64,000 nucleotides of DNA, taken from NCBI GenBank assembly GCA_046331095.1, contig JAXLRM010000004.1:68316-132315 (forward strand). Direction: 5' to 3'. Below the pieces are notes generated by a model. That model did not search any database and was not told the origin of the DNA. It worked only from the letters and a program-made list of their open reading frames with translations. The first letter of the stretch is position 1. The number at the start of each line of letters is the position of its first letter. The position numbers were made by a program, and so were the translations under genes. The stretch comes from Acidimicrobiia bacterium (lineage in GTDB: Bacteria; Actinomycetota; Acidimicrobiia; UBA2766). Below are positions 36,522-45,885 of this stretch, in pieces.

Positions 36522-37583
36522 GTGGGCACCGTGAAGGAAGTCCCAGCGGCGCGCGCCGCAACAGTCACCGCCCTGGTGGCAACGCTGCGCGAGGCCACTG
36601 GCCGCGTGGACCTCGAGCTCGCGGCACCGCCGGTCCCGCTCACCGGCGGCTTCTACGCCGAGATGCTGCGCTTCCGCCTCGCCGACGCGCCCCCCGGGCT
36701 CGAAGGCGACCTCGTGGCCCGCATCGTCCCCGACCCGATTGCAGGCGAGTGGGAGGCGACGGTCCAGCGTGCCGTCGCCGGGCAGGGCTTCCCGACACCT
36801 GCGGTGCGCCTCAGTGCCGGGGCGGCGGGACCCCTGGGCCGCTATCTCATCGTGATGGACGCACTCGACGGCCGGTCGCCGATGTCGGGGCTCGGCATCG
36901 GAGCCGTGGCCACCGAGATCCCCCACCTGCTCCGTCGACTCCCCGACCAGCTCGCCCGTCTCGCTGCCGACCTCCACGCCCTCGACCCCGCGCCGCTCGC
37001 CGAGGCGCTCGACGCGCTCGACACAACGGTCCCGACGACGACCGCCGGCTTCGTCGAGCAACAGGCCGGTGTTGCCGCCGCGCTCGGCCATCGTGACATC
37101 GCCGCGGCCGGGGAGCGGCTCCTCGCCACCGAACCCCGATCCCGTGCACTCGTGATCACACACGGCGACCTGCACCCGTTCAACGTGATCGCGACCGACG
37201 CCGGACCCGCCCTCGTCGACTGGACCGTCGCCCGCGTCGCGCATCCCGGCTTCACCCTCGGCTTCGCCGACCTGATGCTCGCGAACCCGCCGATCCGGCT
37301 TCCCGCGGCCGGGGCAGCGGTGATGCGCCGACTCGGCCGCAACGTCGCCGGGCGGTTCCTCTCCACCTACGGCAGGCTCGCCGACGGCACCTGCAGCGCC
37401 GTCGACGCGGACAACCTCGACTGGCATCGCAAGGTCCACGCTCTGCGGATCCTCGTCGAGCTCGCCGGCTGGGACGCGGCGGGCACCCACCCCGCGGCCC
37501 ACCATCCCTGGCTCGTGCTCGAACCCGTTGCCTGCCGTCTCCTGGGCCTCGGGCTTCTGGGCGCGCACACCCCACGTGGATAG
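36522..37583 (+). CDS. phosphotransferase (APH/choline-kinase-like) family protein
   Basis: 353 aa. Catalytic motif ITHGDLHPFNV followed by LVDWT. The last ~10 codons and the TAG lie inside repeat copy 2. Confidence 0.8.
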   Translation: MGTVKEVPAARAATVTALVATLREATGRVDLELAAPPVPLTGGFYAEMLRFRLADAPPGLEGDLVARIVPDPIAGEWEATVQRAVAGQGFPTPAVRLSAGAAGPLGRYLIVMDALDGRSPMSGLGIGAVATEIPHLLRRLPDQLARLAADLHALDPAPLAEALDALDTTVPTTTAGFVEQQAGVAAALGHRDIAAAGERLLATEPRSRALVITHGDLHPFNVIATDAGPALVDWTVARVAHPGFTLGFADLMLANPPIRLPAAGAAVMRRLGRNVAGRFLSTYGRLADGTCSAVDADNLDWHRKVHALRILVELAGWDAAGTHPAAHHPWLVLEPVACRLLGLGLLGAHTPRG

Positions 37584-37584
37584 G
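37552..37584 (+). repeat. dispersed palindromic element, copy 2 (left arm and loop only)
   Basis: ggcttctgggcgcgcacaccccacgtggatagg is identical to 36443-36475, in the same orientation. Confidence 0.88.
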
Positions 37585-37600
37585 TAGCTTCGGGCGCACC

Positions 37601-38929
37601 ATGGCGGGGCGCCCCCGGTTCCACTTCACGGCGCCGTCGGGGTGGATGAACGACCCCAACGGCACGCTCGTGCACGACGGCGTGTACCACCTCTTCTATC
37701 AGCACAACCCCTACCGGCCGCGCTGGGGCCGGATCCACTGGGGCCACGCGACCAGCACCGATCTCGTGCACTGGGACCACCAACCCGTCGCGCTGGCCCC
37801 CGGTGGCGGTCTGCGCGAGCGGCATTGCTTCTCGGGATGCTGCGCGATCGCGCCCGACGGCACACCGACGATCCTCTACACGCGCATCGGCGTGGCCGGC
37901 CTCGCGACGCTGGCGCGTGCCGGCGCCGACCAGTGCGCAGCCCACGGCAGCGACGATCTGCTGAGCTGGCACCGGTACCGGCACAACCCGGTCCTGACCC
38001 AGTCCGTCCACGACGGAGCACGGGTGCGCCACTGGCGCGACCCCTACGTGTTCCGTCACGACGGCTGGTGGTGGATGCTGCTGGCAGGGCGCGAGCGCGG
38101 GCTTCCGGGCGGGAGTGTCCTCCTGTACCGGGGCGAGAACCTGTTGGACTGGGAGTACCGCGGCCGCCTGTGCCGAGGCGACACGTCGGTGCGCCGCGGC
38201 CTCGAGTGTCCCAACTACTTCGGCGTCGCCGACCGCTGGGTGCTGCTGATCTCTCCGTACGGTCCCGTGCGTTACAGCGTCGGCGAGTTCCGCGGCGAAC
38301 GCCACGTCGGGGACGCGTGGCGCACCTTCGACCACGGACGCGCCTTCTACGCGACGAACACCTTCGACGACGGCGCCCGCAGCGTCGTCGTCGGCTGGAT
38401 CCGCGGCCCCCGCGGCCCCGACTGGGCGGGCTGTCTCAGCCTCCCGCGTGAAGTCGGTATCGCTGCCGACGGGGCGCTCGAGATCGCACCCGTCGCCGAG
38501 CTCGCCACGTTGCGGCAGGAGCACCGCCGTGCCGAGGCGGTCTTCGGTCCCGACGCGGGACCGGTCACGGGGATAGTGCTCGAGGAGCGGGCAGCGGAGC
38601 TCGCGGCGAGCTTCCGTCTCGACCGTCCGGCGGTCTGCGGCTTCGAGGTCCGCTCGCGCGCGGGGACCCACCGGTTCGCACCGGACCTTGCCCACGCCAC
38701 GGTGACGAGCGGAGCAGAGTCCGCCGCGATGTCGTCTGCTCCGCAGCCCACTCGCGTCGACGTGCGCGCGTTCCTCGACGAGTCGGTGCTGGAGGTCTTC
38801 GTAGGCGGCCGCGACGCGTTCACGTCCGTGGTCGACCTCGGCGACGCCACTCGGCAGGAAGTCGTGCCGTTCGTGTCCGGCGCCGCGGGCACGGCTCGGC
38901 TCGACGTCTGGCAGCTCGCCGGAATCTGA
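37601..38929 (+). CDS. glycoside hydrolase family 32 (beta-fructofuranosidase/invertase-like)
   Basis: 442 aa with the GH32 catalytic motifs WMNDPNG, RDPYVF and ECPNYF. Confidence 0.9.
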   Translation: MAGRPRFHFTAPSGWMNDPNGTLVHDGVYHLFYQHNPYRPRWGRIHWGHATSTDLVHWDHQPVALAPGGGLRERHCFSGCCAIAPDGTPTILYTRIGVAGLATLARAGADQCAAHGSDDLLSWHRYRHNPVLTQSVHDGARVRHWRDPYVFRHDGWWWMLLAGRERGLPGGSVLLYRGENLLDWEYRGRLCRGDTSVRRGLECPNYFGVADRWVLLISPYGPVRYSVGEFRGERHVGDAWRTFDHGRAFYATNTFDDGARSVVVGWIRGPRGPDWAGCLSLPREVGIAADGALEIAPVAELATLRQEHRRAEAVFGPDAGPVTGIVLEERAAELAASFRLDRPAVCGFEVRSRAGTHRFAPDLAHATVTSGAESAAMSSAPQPTRVDVRAFLDESVLEVFVGGRDAFTSVVDLGDATRQEVVPFVSGAAGTARLDVWQLAGI

Positions 38930-38978
38930 TCGGCGCACGAGCGCCGGCGGCGTCCGTGGCTCTGTAGCATCACCGGCC

Positions 38979-39749
38979 GTGCAGTTCGAGACGATCGAAG
39001 TGGCGGTCGACGGCGAGCGCGGGTCGCTCACGCTGAACCGGCCCGAGAAGCTGAACCCGCTCTCGGTGGAGACGCTGGGCGAGATCGAGGCAGCGGCGCG
39101 CTGGTTCGACACCCACCCCGACCTGAAGGTGGTCGTGGTCTCGGGACGGGGCCGGGCGTTCTGCGCAGGCTTCGATCTCGTGTCGTTCGGCTCCGTCGAC
39201 ACCGAGCATCCTCGTGCTGCCGCCGACGCAGGTTGGCGCATGGGCCGCGCGCTCGAGGAGATGCAGGCCGTTACCGTGGCCCGCATCCAGGGGTGGTGCG
39301 TCGGCGGAGGCCTGGTCCTGGCTGCCGGATGCGACCTTCGCGTCGTTGCCGACGACGCCCGGTTCTCTATCCCCGAGGTGGAGCTCGGTATCCCGTTGGC
39401 CTGGGGAGGCATCCCGCGCCTCGTCCGCGAGATCGGCCCGGCCCGCACCAAGGAACTGGTCATGACCTGCCGCGAGTTCGGGCCCGCGGAGGCCCACGCT
39501 GCGGGCTTCGTCAACAGCGTGGTCCCCGCGGCGGGACTCGACGCTGCGGTCGACGAACTCGTCGCCACCTTGGTGCGGATGCCGAAGCTGGCGCTGGTGG
39601 CCACGAAGGTCCACACCAATGCCGTGACCGAGTCGATGGTGGGCGCCGGGCGGAGCTGGTCCGACGCCGACGTCCTCTCGAGTGCCCTCGCCGACCCAGA
39701 GTGCCGCGAGGCCGGTGTCCGCTACCTGTCACGCAAGCGCGGGCAGTGA
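38979..39749 (+). CDS. enoyl-CoA hydratase/isomerase (crotonase) family protein
   Basis: 256 aa. Oxyanion-hole segments AFCAGFDL and GWCVGGG. N-terminus typical of the family (..LNRPEKLNPL). Confidence 0.88.
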   Translation: MQFETIEVAVDGERGSLTLNRPEKLNPLSVETLGEIEAAARWFDTHPDLKVVVVSGRGRAFCAGFDLVSFGSVDTEHPRAAADAGWRMGRALEEMQAVTVARIQGWCVGGGLVLAAGCDLRVVADDARFSIPEVELGIPLAWGGIPRLVREIGPARTKELVMTCREFGPAEAHAAGFVNSVVPAAGLDAAVDELVATLVRMPKLALVATKVHTNAVTESMVGAGRSWSDADVLSSALADPECREAGVRYLSRKRGQ

Positions 39750-39792
39750 CCGGCGGGCGCTCCGGTGCGCGGGCGGCACCTGCGAGATCGGA

Positions 39793-40395
39793 TCAGGTGT
39801 AGCGGCCTGCCCAGCCACCGGTCCAGAACGTGACCTCCGGTGTGGAGACCACACCAGCCTCGGCCATGACCTCTTTCAGCTCGGCCATGTCGAGGAACTC
39901 GCGCAGGGTGTCGAAGGTCTCGGCCTGGTGGTACACGACGGCCAGGGACGGATCGTCGAGCGAGCGGTTCGCGGCCTGGCCGATGATGCCACCGGCCTTC
40001 TGAAGCGAAGCCGCCGCGTCGTAGCCCTCGAGCCAGCGGTCGAAGTCGGCGACGTGGTGCGAGAGCATGAAGGCGGGGACTTCGCGGTCCCAGACGATCG
40101 CTTCCCGCACGGGAGTGAGCCAGGTCAGTTGGGGCGGACCTGTGGCCCCGGCTTGCTTCATCCTCTCGCGCAGGTCGTCGGAAGCGGCGAACGCACGGGC
40201 AGTGTCGATGTCGGCGACGGCGAGGTACACGGTCACGAGGTTGGGGTCGTCCTCGCCCCGGTTGACGTGATGGCCGAGGATCCCCCCGGCACGGCGTGCT
40301 TGCTCGTTCTCGTCGAACACCGACTTCCACTTGTCGAAGTCCGAAACGGTCTGGGCGACGAGGACGGCGGCAGGGGGTAGCGCCCCGTTGGACAT
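39793..40395 (-). CDS. hypothetical protein made of two tandem ~95-aa homologous domains
   Basis: 200 aa. The halves align by eye (VSDFDKWKSVFDE..AGGILGHHVNRGEDDPNLVTVYL / VADFDRWLEGYDA..AGGIIGQAANRSLDDPSLAVVYH). G/C-rich third codon positions. Confidence 0.7.
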   Translation of the reverse strand: MSNGALPPAAVLVAQTVSDFDKWKSVFDENEQARRAGGILGHHVNRGEDDPNLVTVYLAVADIDTARAFAASDDLRERMKQAGATGPPQLTWLTPVREAIVWDREVPAFMLSHHVADFDRWLEGYDAAASLQKAGGIIGQAANRSLDDPSLAVVYHQAETFDTLREFLDMAELKEVMAEAGVVSTPEVTFWTGGWAGRYT

Positions 40396-40549
40396 TGTCG
40401 ACTCCTATCGTGCGGCGGCAGCACTGATCGGATTGACCGGTGACGCCGCCAATTCGACTACCGCGCAGGGTCGCTGTCAACGCTTGTGCAGGCGTGTGCC
40501 CGGATCCGCCGACGCGGCTCTCACGCGGGCCCCGCGGCAGTTGCGCTTG

Positions 40550-41284
40550 TCAGCCGAGCGAGGCCCAGAACTCGCCGAGCAGCCCGAGCGCGGCTTCGGG
40601 ATCCTGCGCGGCCCAGAAGTGACCCAGACCTTCGAGGCGGCCGGTACGTGCGCCGAGGATCTCGGCGACCTCTTCGCTGCGCCGGGCATCGTCGAAAGGG
40701 TCCTCGACGGCGTGGATGACCAGACCGGGAGCAGCGGTGGGGCCCATCTGCGCACCCCAGGTGGCGTAGGTGTTCGGAGTAGCCGACCGGTAGAGGTCGA
40801 GGATGCACGTGCCCATGGTCCGGTCCACCCGCCCGATCATCGCGGCCGCGTCGTCGCGGGGCAGCCCCATCGCCTCGAACATGGGAACCTGGTCCTCCAC
40901 GGCAGTGGCGAGCTGGGTTTCGACGAGAGCTTCGCCTTCTCCCGGGGTCTGCCAGATGCGCGCGAAGTCGTGCCAGACCTGGTCGGGGTGCACGATGGTG
41001 GCGACATCTGCGGCCCAGGAGCGGACCAGGTCCGGTCGCGTCGTGGCGATCCGGTAGGTGAGCCCGGCACCCCAGTCGTGGCCAACGAGATCCACCGGTT
41101 CCCCGACCGCCTCGAGCCGGCTCGCGAGCCAGTCGGCGTAGTCGTCCTTGGTTGCGCCGAAGCCGGCGGGGCGGGGGCAACCGAAGCCGGGAAGCGCCAA
41201 CGCGGTGACAGGCTCGCGGATCAGCGCCCGCAACGGATCCCAGTAGGAGTCGGTCTCGGGGACGCCGTGGACCAAGACGATCAT
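40550..41284 (-). CDS. alpha/beta hydrolase (epoxide-hydrolase/dehalogenase-like, Asp nucleophile)
   Basis: 244 aa. N-terminus IVLVHGVPETDSYW. Nucleophile elbow GHDWGAG. Confidence 0.85.
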   Translation of the reverse strand: MIVLVHGVPETDSYWDPLRALIREPVTALALPGFGCPRPAGFGATKDDYADWLASRLEAVGEPVDLVGHDWGAGLTYRIATTRPDLVRSWAADVATIVHPDQVWHDFARIWQTPGEGEALVETQLATAVEDQVPMFEAMGLPRDDAAAMIGRVDRTMGTCILDLYRSATPNTYATWGAQMGPTAAPGLVIHAVEDPFDDARRSEEVAEILGARTGRLEGLGHFWAAQDPEAALGLLGEFWASLG

Positions 41285-41375
41285 CGTGGGCTCCGGTGCG
41301 CGGGGTCACGGTCGCTCCGAGCCCGTGGCGGCGGATGGATCGCCCTCGGTCCCGCGTGCGACGCGCCCGGGCCCG

Positions 41376-44267
41376 TCACAGGCCGAGCAGTTCGCGTAGG
41401 CGTTCGGGGCGCATCGTCACGGCAGTCTGCATTGGGGGGTTCTCGAAGCTCGCTATCAGACGGACGAGCCGCTCGCGGGTGGTCGGGTCTGCCGCCGCCT
41501 CCCGCGGTGTGAGGCCGTCGAGCGCCGGCACCGATTCGTCGCACCAGCGCAGCTCGAAGCGGTCCCTGATCTCCGAGAGCGCCTCGGCGGCTTCCGGACC
41601 GTCGGCCCACGCAGGCTCCGCATCGGCGTGGGCGGCCGGGAAGAGGCTCTCTTCGAGCTCCTTGCGCCGCAGGATCGACGCCACGTCCATCGGCGTGCGT
41701 TCGTCGCTGACCACCACAGCCCCGGCGAGCGCGGCGCGGACGGCGCTCAGGATCCGCTCCGCACGTTCCTCGCTCGTGGTGCTCACCGTCAGACGCGTGC
41801 CGTCGAGACCGAGGCGGGCACGCAGGATCTCCTCGTCCTCGTTGAGAGCGAACATCTCCCGCCACGCGTCGGCGTCGGCGCCGGCGTCGGCGGTGTCGTC
41901 GTCCTCGTAGGTCGCGTCGAGGAACGCGCGGGCCGCGACCGCGTCGCCGACGTCGATGACGAGCTCGCATTCCACGAGGGATTCGCCCTCGCGCGTTTGC
42001 AGTGTCGGTGGGCGGTGCAGCTGGGAAACCCACGACGCGATCTCGAGGGGGTCGCCGCCGTCGAGGACGTCGAGCAGGTGCTCCTCGTTGCCGGGACGCA
42101 CCGGGAACAGCCCACCGATGAGCTGGTTCGTCTCGCCGTCGGGTACGGCCCGGGCACAGATCATGACCCCAGGGGACACCGAGCGGCTGAAAGTGCGCTC
42201 GCGCACCGAGAGCACATCCCCGCTGCGCAGGTCCCGAAGGTCGAGTCCGCTGCCGGGTCGGACCTCCAGGACCTCGTAGACGCTGCGGTCGACGAGCATC
42301 CACGACGCAGCGAGGAGCGCCTCGTCGTCGGGCAGCAGCGAGCCGCGCTCCTCGGTGAAGCGCTCGAACCAGCCTCCCTCGGTCAGGACGAGGTCCAGCA
42401 CGATCGGGTCCTCCAAAGCGGTACCGATGGCGCTGTCGTCTTCGGGATCGACCGCACGAGTCAGGGCCACGTCGACGACGTCGGTGCGCGCCTCCCAGCC
42501 GTAGCGTTCCACGAAGGCGGCGGCCTTGCGGCACAACCAGCCGACGCGGTCGGGCAACGGTGCCGCCTCGACGGAACCGAGATGGCACTGCTTGAACTTG
42601 CGGCCCGAACCGCACCAGCACGGCTGGTTGCGGCCCAGGTCGCTGTGCGCCGGCCTCGCGAACGCCTCGATCTCGGCGAGGTCGCGGGCGAAGGCGGGAG
42701 ACGGCTCCAATTGCCGCCACAGTCGAACCGCCTTGGCCGCGTCGCCCCGGTCGGACGCGTACCAGGCCAAGCGGTCGATCACGAGCCCGAGGTTCGGGTC
42801 GGCCTCGTGCGCGAGCTCGAGATGCTGCTCGGCGACGTCGAGCTCGCAGTCCTTCTCGGACCCGACGGCCGCCACGAGCCTCGCCCGCGCGACCTCGCCC
42901 CCCTTGGACGCGGCGGCGAGCAGACCCTCGACGAACGCTCGGGCGCGCAGCCGCCCTCCGGCATCGACGCTCTCGTAGAGCTCCTCGATCACCTCGAGGA
43001 GGACTTGTTCGTCGCGCAGGTCGGCGAGGACCTCGCGCAGCATCGCGGTGTCGACGGGCCCGGCGACGCCGGGGATCGCATCGGGGTCCACGCCCGCCGT
43101 CAAGTCGGCCACGTCGAGGACGTGCAGGACCTTCGAGGCTGCGTCGCGGTCGTCCCTCATGTGCTCGAACACCCGCCAGGTGCGGTGCAAGCGGACGTCG
43201 TTGTGCCACACGCTCTCGTCGTGGGCCACCGAGGCGCCCCGGCGTTCCAAGCCCGCTGCCGCGGCGAGCTCCGACAGCGGGGCGACCGGCTCGTCGAACG
43301 CGTGCGGATCCTCGAGGAGGACGGCGAGGACGAGGTCATCGGCCTCGACGGGGAGCCACGGCTCCTCGACGGTCCGGTCGTATCCGGCTCGCAGGAGGGC
43401 GACGAGATCGTCGTCGCACGCTGGCGCCGCGTCGAGCACGTCGATGTCGACCTCACCGTCGGGATCGACCCGCACGGCGAGCACGGTGCCCTCGGGGTAG
43501 TCGTCGAGCCAGCCGTCGGGTCCGAGCCAGCCGAACCCGCCGTCGTGGACGGCGGACGCGAAGTCGTCTTCGTCGGGGCCCGGTCGCGGCCGGTCGTGCC
43601 GGCCGAAGGCCGCCAGGTCGAATGCCGGGAGCAGGACTTCCTCCGCTGCGGTGAGACGGGTGGACGCGGTGACGACGTGGGTGAGCACGATCCCGGACGT
43701 GAGGTCGACGGCGTGAACCAGGTGATCCCCGGCGGCGTAGGCCAGCAAGCCGTGGCGGTCGACCAACTCGTCCATCGTCCTGTCGACGAGGGCACGAACC
43801 GCGGCGTTGCCTGCCGGGTAGCCGAGGCTCTCGACGGTGGCCCTCTCCGCCTCGTCAGCCGAGATCCCCGGCGACGTGCGCACGACCTCGGTCAGGGCAT
43901 CGGCGACCGCGGGGCCATCGGGGAGCGGCAACGCCGCCAGCGCCTCCCGGTAAGCGTCCGGGTCCGGTCGCTCCTCCCGATCGAGGGCGGCCATGATCAC
44001 GGGGGAGAACGCGAGCGCCATCTGGGAGAAGATCGAGTCCCTGTCGACGCCGAGCCCTTGCAGCCGCTGCACGGTCGCCCAGGCTTCGGGAGGTTCGTCG
44101 CCGAGGATCTGGGCGGCGATGATCTCGCGTCCTGCCAGCTGGATCTCGCTGATCCGGGCCTTGAAGGAGCGTTCCAACAACTTCGAGCGCACGTCGACGT
44201 CGTCGAGGTCGAAGTCGTCGGGATCGATACCGGGGCCGTACAGGAACTCGATGCGTTCGTCCGCCAT
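41376..44267 (-). CDS. large SEC-C motif-containing protein of unknown function
   Basis: 963 aa from ATG 44267 (MADERIEFLYGPGIDPDD..). Internal SEC-C Zn-binding motif CWCGSGRKFKQCH. Acidic, helical composition. The 1,467-aa track ORF reads through antisense to the next gene. Confidence 0.85.
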   Translation of the reverse strand: MADERIEFLYGPGIDPDDFDLDDVDVRSKLLERSFKARISEIQLAGREIIAAQILGDEPPEAWATVQRLQGLGVDRDSIFSQMALAFSPVIMAALDREERPDPDAYREALAALPLPDGPAVADALTEVVRTSPGISADEAERATVESLGYPAGNAAVRALVDRTMDELVDRHGLLAYAAGDHLVHAVDLTSGIVLTHVVTASTRLTAAEEVLLPAFDLAAFGRHDRPRPGPDEDDFASAVHDGGFGWLGPDGWLDDYPEGTVLAVRVDPDGEVDIDVLDAAPACDDDLVALLRAGYDRTVEEPWLPVEADDLVLAVLLEDPHAFDEPVAPLSELAAAAGLERRGASVAHDESVWHNDVRLHRTWRVFEHMRDDRDAASKVLHVLDVADLTAGVDPDAIPGVAGPVDTAMLREVLADLRDEQVLLEVIEELYESVDAGGRLRARAFVEGLLAAASKGGEVARARLVAAVGSEKDCELDVAEQHLELAHEADPNLGLVIDRLAWYASDRGDAAKAVRLWRQLEPSPAFARDLAEIEAFARPAHSDLGRNQPCWCGSGRKFKQCHLGSVEAAPLPDRVGWLCRKAAAFVERYGWEARTDVVDVALTRAVDPEDDSAIGTALEDPIVLDLVLTEGGWFERFTEERGSLLPDDEALLAASWMLVDRSVYEVLEVRPGSGLDLRDLRSGDVLSVRERTFSRSVSPGVMICARAVPDGETNQLIGGLFPVRPGNEEHLLDVLDGGDPLEIASWVSQLHRPPTLQTREGESLVECELVIDVGDAVAARAFLDATYEDDDTADAGADADAWREMFALNEDEEILRARLGLDGTRLTVSTTSEERAERILSAVRAALAGAVVVSDERTPMDVASILRRKELEESLFPAAHADAEPAWADGPEAAEALSEIRDRFELRWCDESVPALDGLTPREAAADPTTRERLVRLIASFENPPMQTAVTMRPERLRELLGL

Positions 44268-44372
44268 CGCGGCGACACTAACGCGAGCCCTGACGCGAGC
44301 CCGTGAGATCTCAGGTTCACGGGACCCGAGGCCGGTGCCTGCCAGAATCGGGCGGCGACCACGGGGGAGCTG

Positions 44373-45851
44373 ATGCGCGAGCGCTACGACGTAATCGTGA
44401 TAGGGGCCGGCCCCGGGGGCGCCACGATCGCCGCCCTCCTCGCCGAGGCGGGGCTCGCGGTGTGCCTCGCCGAGAAGAACGACCGCGCCGGCGGCAAGGC
44501 GATGACGCTGCACCGCCAGGGCTACGGCTACGAGATGTGGCCCGTCGTCGCCATCCCCGGCGGGCCGTCGCGCTACGACGAGTTGTTGAAGCGCCTCGGA
44601 CGCACCGACGACGTGCCCCTCGCGATCCCGCCGCCGGAGCAGCAGCAGAGCGGCGGGATCGTGTACCGCACCGACGACGGCCGCTGGCTGCGCATGGTCC
44701 CCAGCGACAGCGACAACCCCCTCGACGCGTTCGCGCAGACCTTCGACCTCACGGCCGAGCAGATGCAGCCCGTCGTCGAGATGGCGATGGCGGTATTCGC
44801 CCTCGGCGAGGACGACATCGACGCGCTCGCGGACGTCCCGATCCTGGACTGGCTGGACCGCTTCGACCTGCCCGCGGGACCGCTCGCCTACATCTGCGTG
44901 ATGTTGAACATGTTCTTCCTCGTCGGCCCCGACCGCATCCCGGCGCCGGAGGCGATCCGCATCTGCCTGCGCGGATTCATGCTCGCCGGCGGGGCGTTCC
45001 AGTACTGGCGCGGCGGCATCGGCCGCACGCTCGAGGTCGCGGCCGACTACGTGCGCGACCACGGCGGCACGTTCGCGACCAAGGCGCGGGTCGAGGCGAT
45101 CATCGTCGAGGACGGCCGAGCCGTCGGCATCGTCACGCCCCAGGGCGAGGTGCGGGCGCGGGCGGTGATCTCCAACGCCGGCATCCAGCCGACCGTGCTC
45201 GCGCTCGCCGGCGCGGAGCACTTCCCACCCGAGTACGTCGAGTACGTGGCCGACCTCGAGCCGTCGTGGGGCATCGCCGGGATCCGCTACTTCCTCGACG
45301 CGCCGGTGTTCCCGCCCGCGGGCCTCGCGTTCGGGAACCGCTCGTGGTGGACCACCGAGCGCTACGAGGCGGCGCGTGCGGGCGACTGGCCCGACATCGC
45401 CCAGCTCTACTGGTCGACACCGGCGCTGTGGGACCCCGGCCTCGCGCCCGGCGACGGCAGCCAGGTCGTGCTCATCGGCACCCTCGCCGACCCCGACCCC
45501 GACTCGCCCATGAGCGAGGACGCGATCGCGCGGATCCACGAGACCGCACTCGAGGCGTGGCCCACGCTGGCGGACCACATCGTGCGGCGTGAGTCCTACA
45601 CGACCCGCAGCGTCTCGAACCTCACCCGCGACGCCGTCGTACCCGGCGCGGGCGGCGAGTGCATCGGCATCGCCCAGACGATGGAGCAGGAAGGCAAGAA
45701 CAAGCCGAACCCGCGCACGCCGCTCGACGGGCTCTACATCGTCGGCTGCGACGCGGGCGGCAAGGGCGTCGCCACCCACCAGGCCGTCGACTCCGGTTTC
45801 CGCGTCGCCGACCTCGTCCTCGCGGACCTCGGGGTCGCCTCTGGCCGGTGA
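44373..45851 (+). CDS. FAD-dependent oxidoreductase, phytoene-desaturase (CrtI-like) family
   Basis: 492 aa. N-terminal Rossmann motif YDVIVIGAGPGGA..EKNDRAGGK. SD GGGGGAG lies before ATG 44373. Confidence 0.88.
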   Translation: MRERYDVIVIGAGPGGATIAALLAEAGLAVCLAEKNDRAGGKAMTLHRQGYGYEMWPVVAIPGGPSRYDELLKRLGRTDDVPLAIPPPEQQQSGGIVYRTDDGRWLRMVPSDSDNPLDAFAQTFDLTAEQMQPVVEMAMAVFALGEDDIDALADVPILDWLDRFDLPAGPLAYICVMLNMFFLVGPDRIPAPEAIRICLRGFMLAGGAFQYWRGGIGRTLEVAADYVRDHGGTFATKARVEAIIVEDGRAVGIVTPQGEVRARAVISNAGIQPTVLALAGAEHFPPEYVEYVADLEPSWGIAGIRYFLDAPVFPPAGLAFGNRSWWTTERYEAARAGDWPDIAQLYWSTPALWDPGLAPGDGSQVVLIGTLADPDPDSPMSEDAIARIHETALEAWPTLADHIVRRESYTTRSVSNLTRDAVVPGAGGECIGIAQTMEQEGKNKPNPRTPLDGLYIVGCDAGGKGVATHQAVDSGFRVADLVLADLGVASGR

Positions 45852-45885
45852 CGGATCCGGAGTGGCCGCCGGCCCGGCCCGGCGG

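Noticed and set aside
41281-44306. 642-aa (minus) and 892-aa (plus) ORFs overlapping the SEC-C protein gene, and the read-through to 45779
   Set aside because: These are shadow frames. The 1,467-aa version runs antisense through the CrtI-like gene, which has its own Rossmann motif and SD. ATG 44267 gives a sensible N-terminus.
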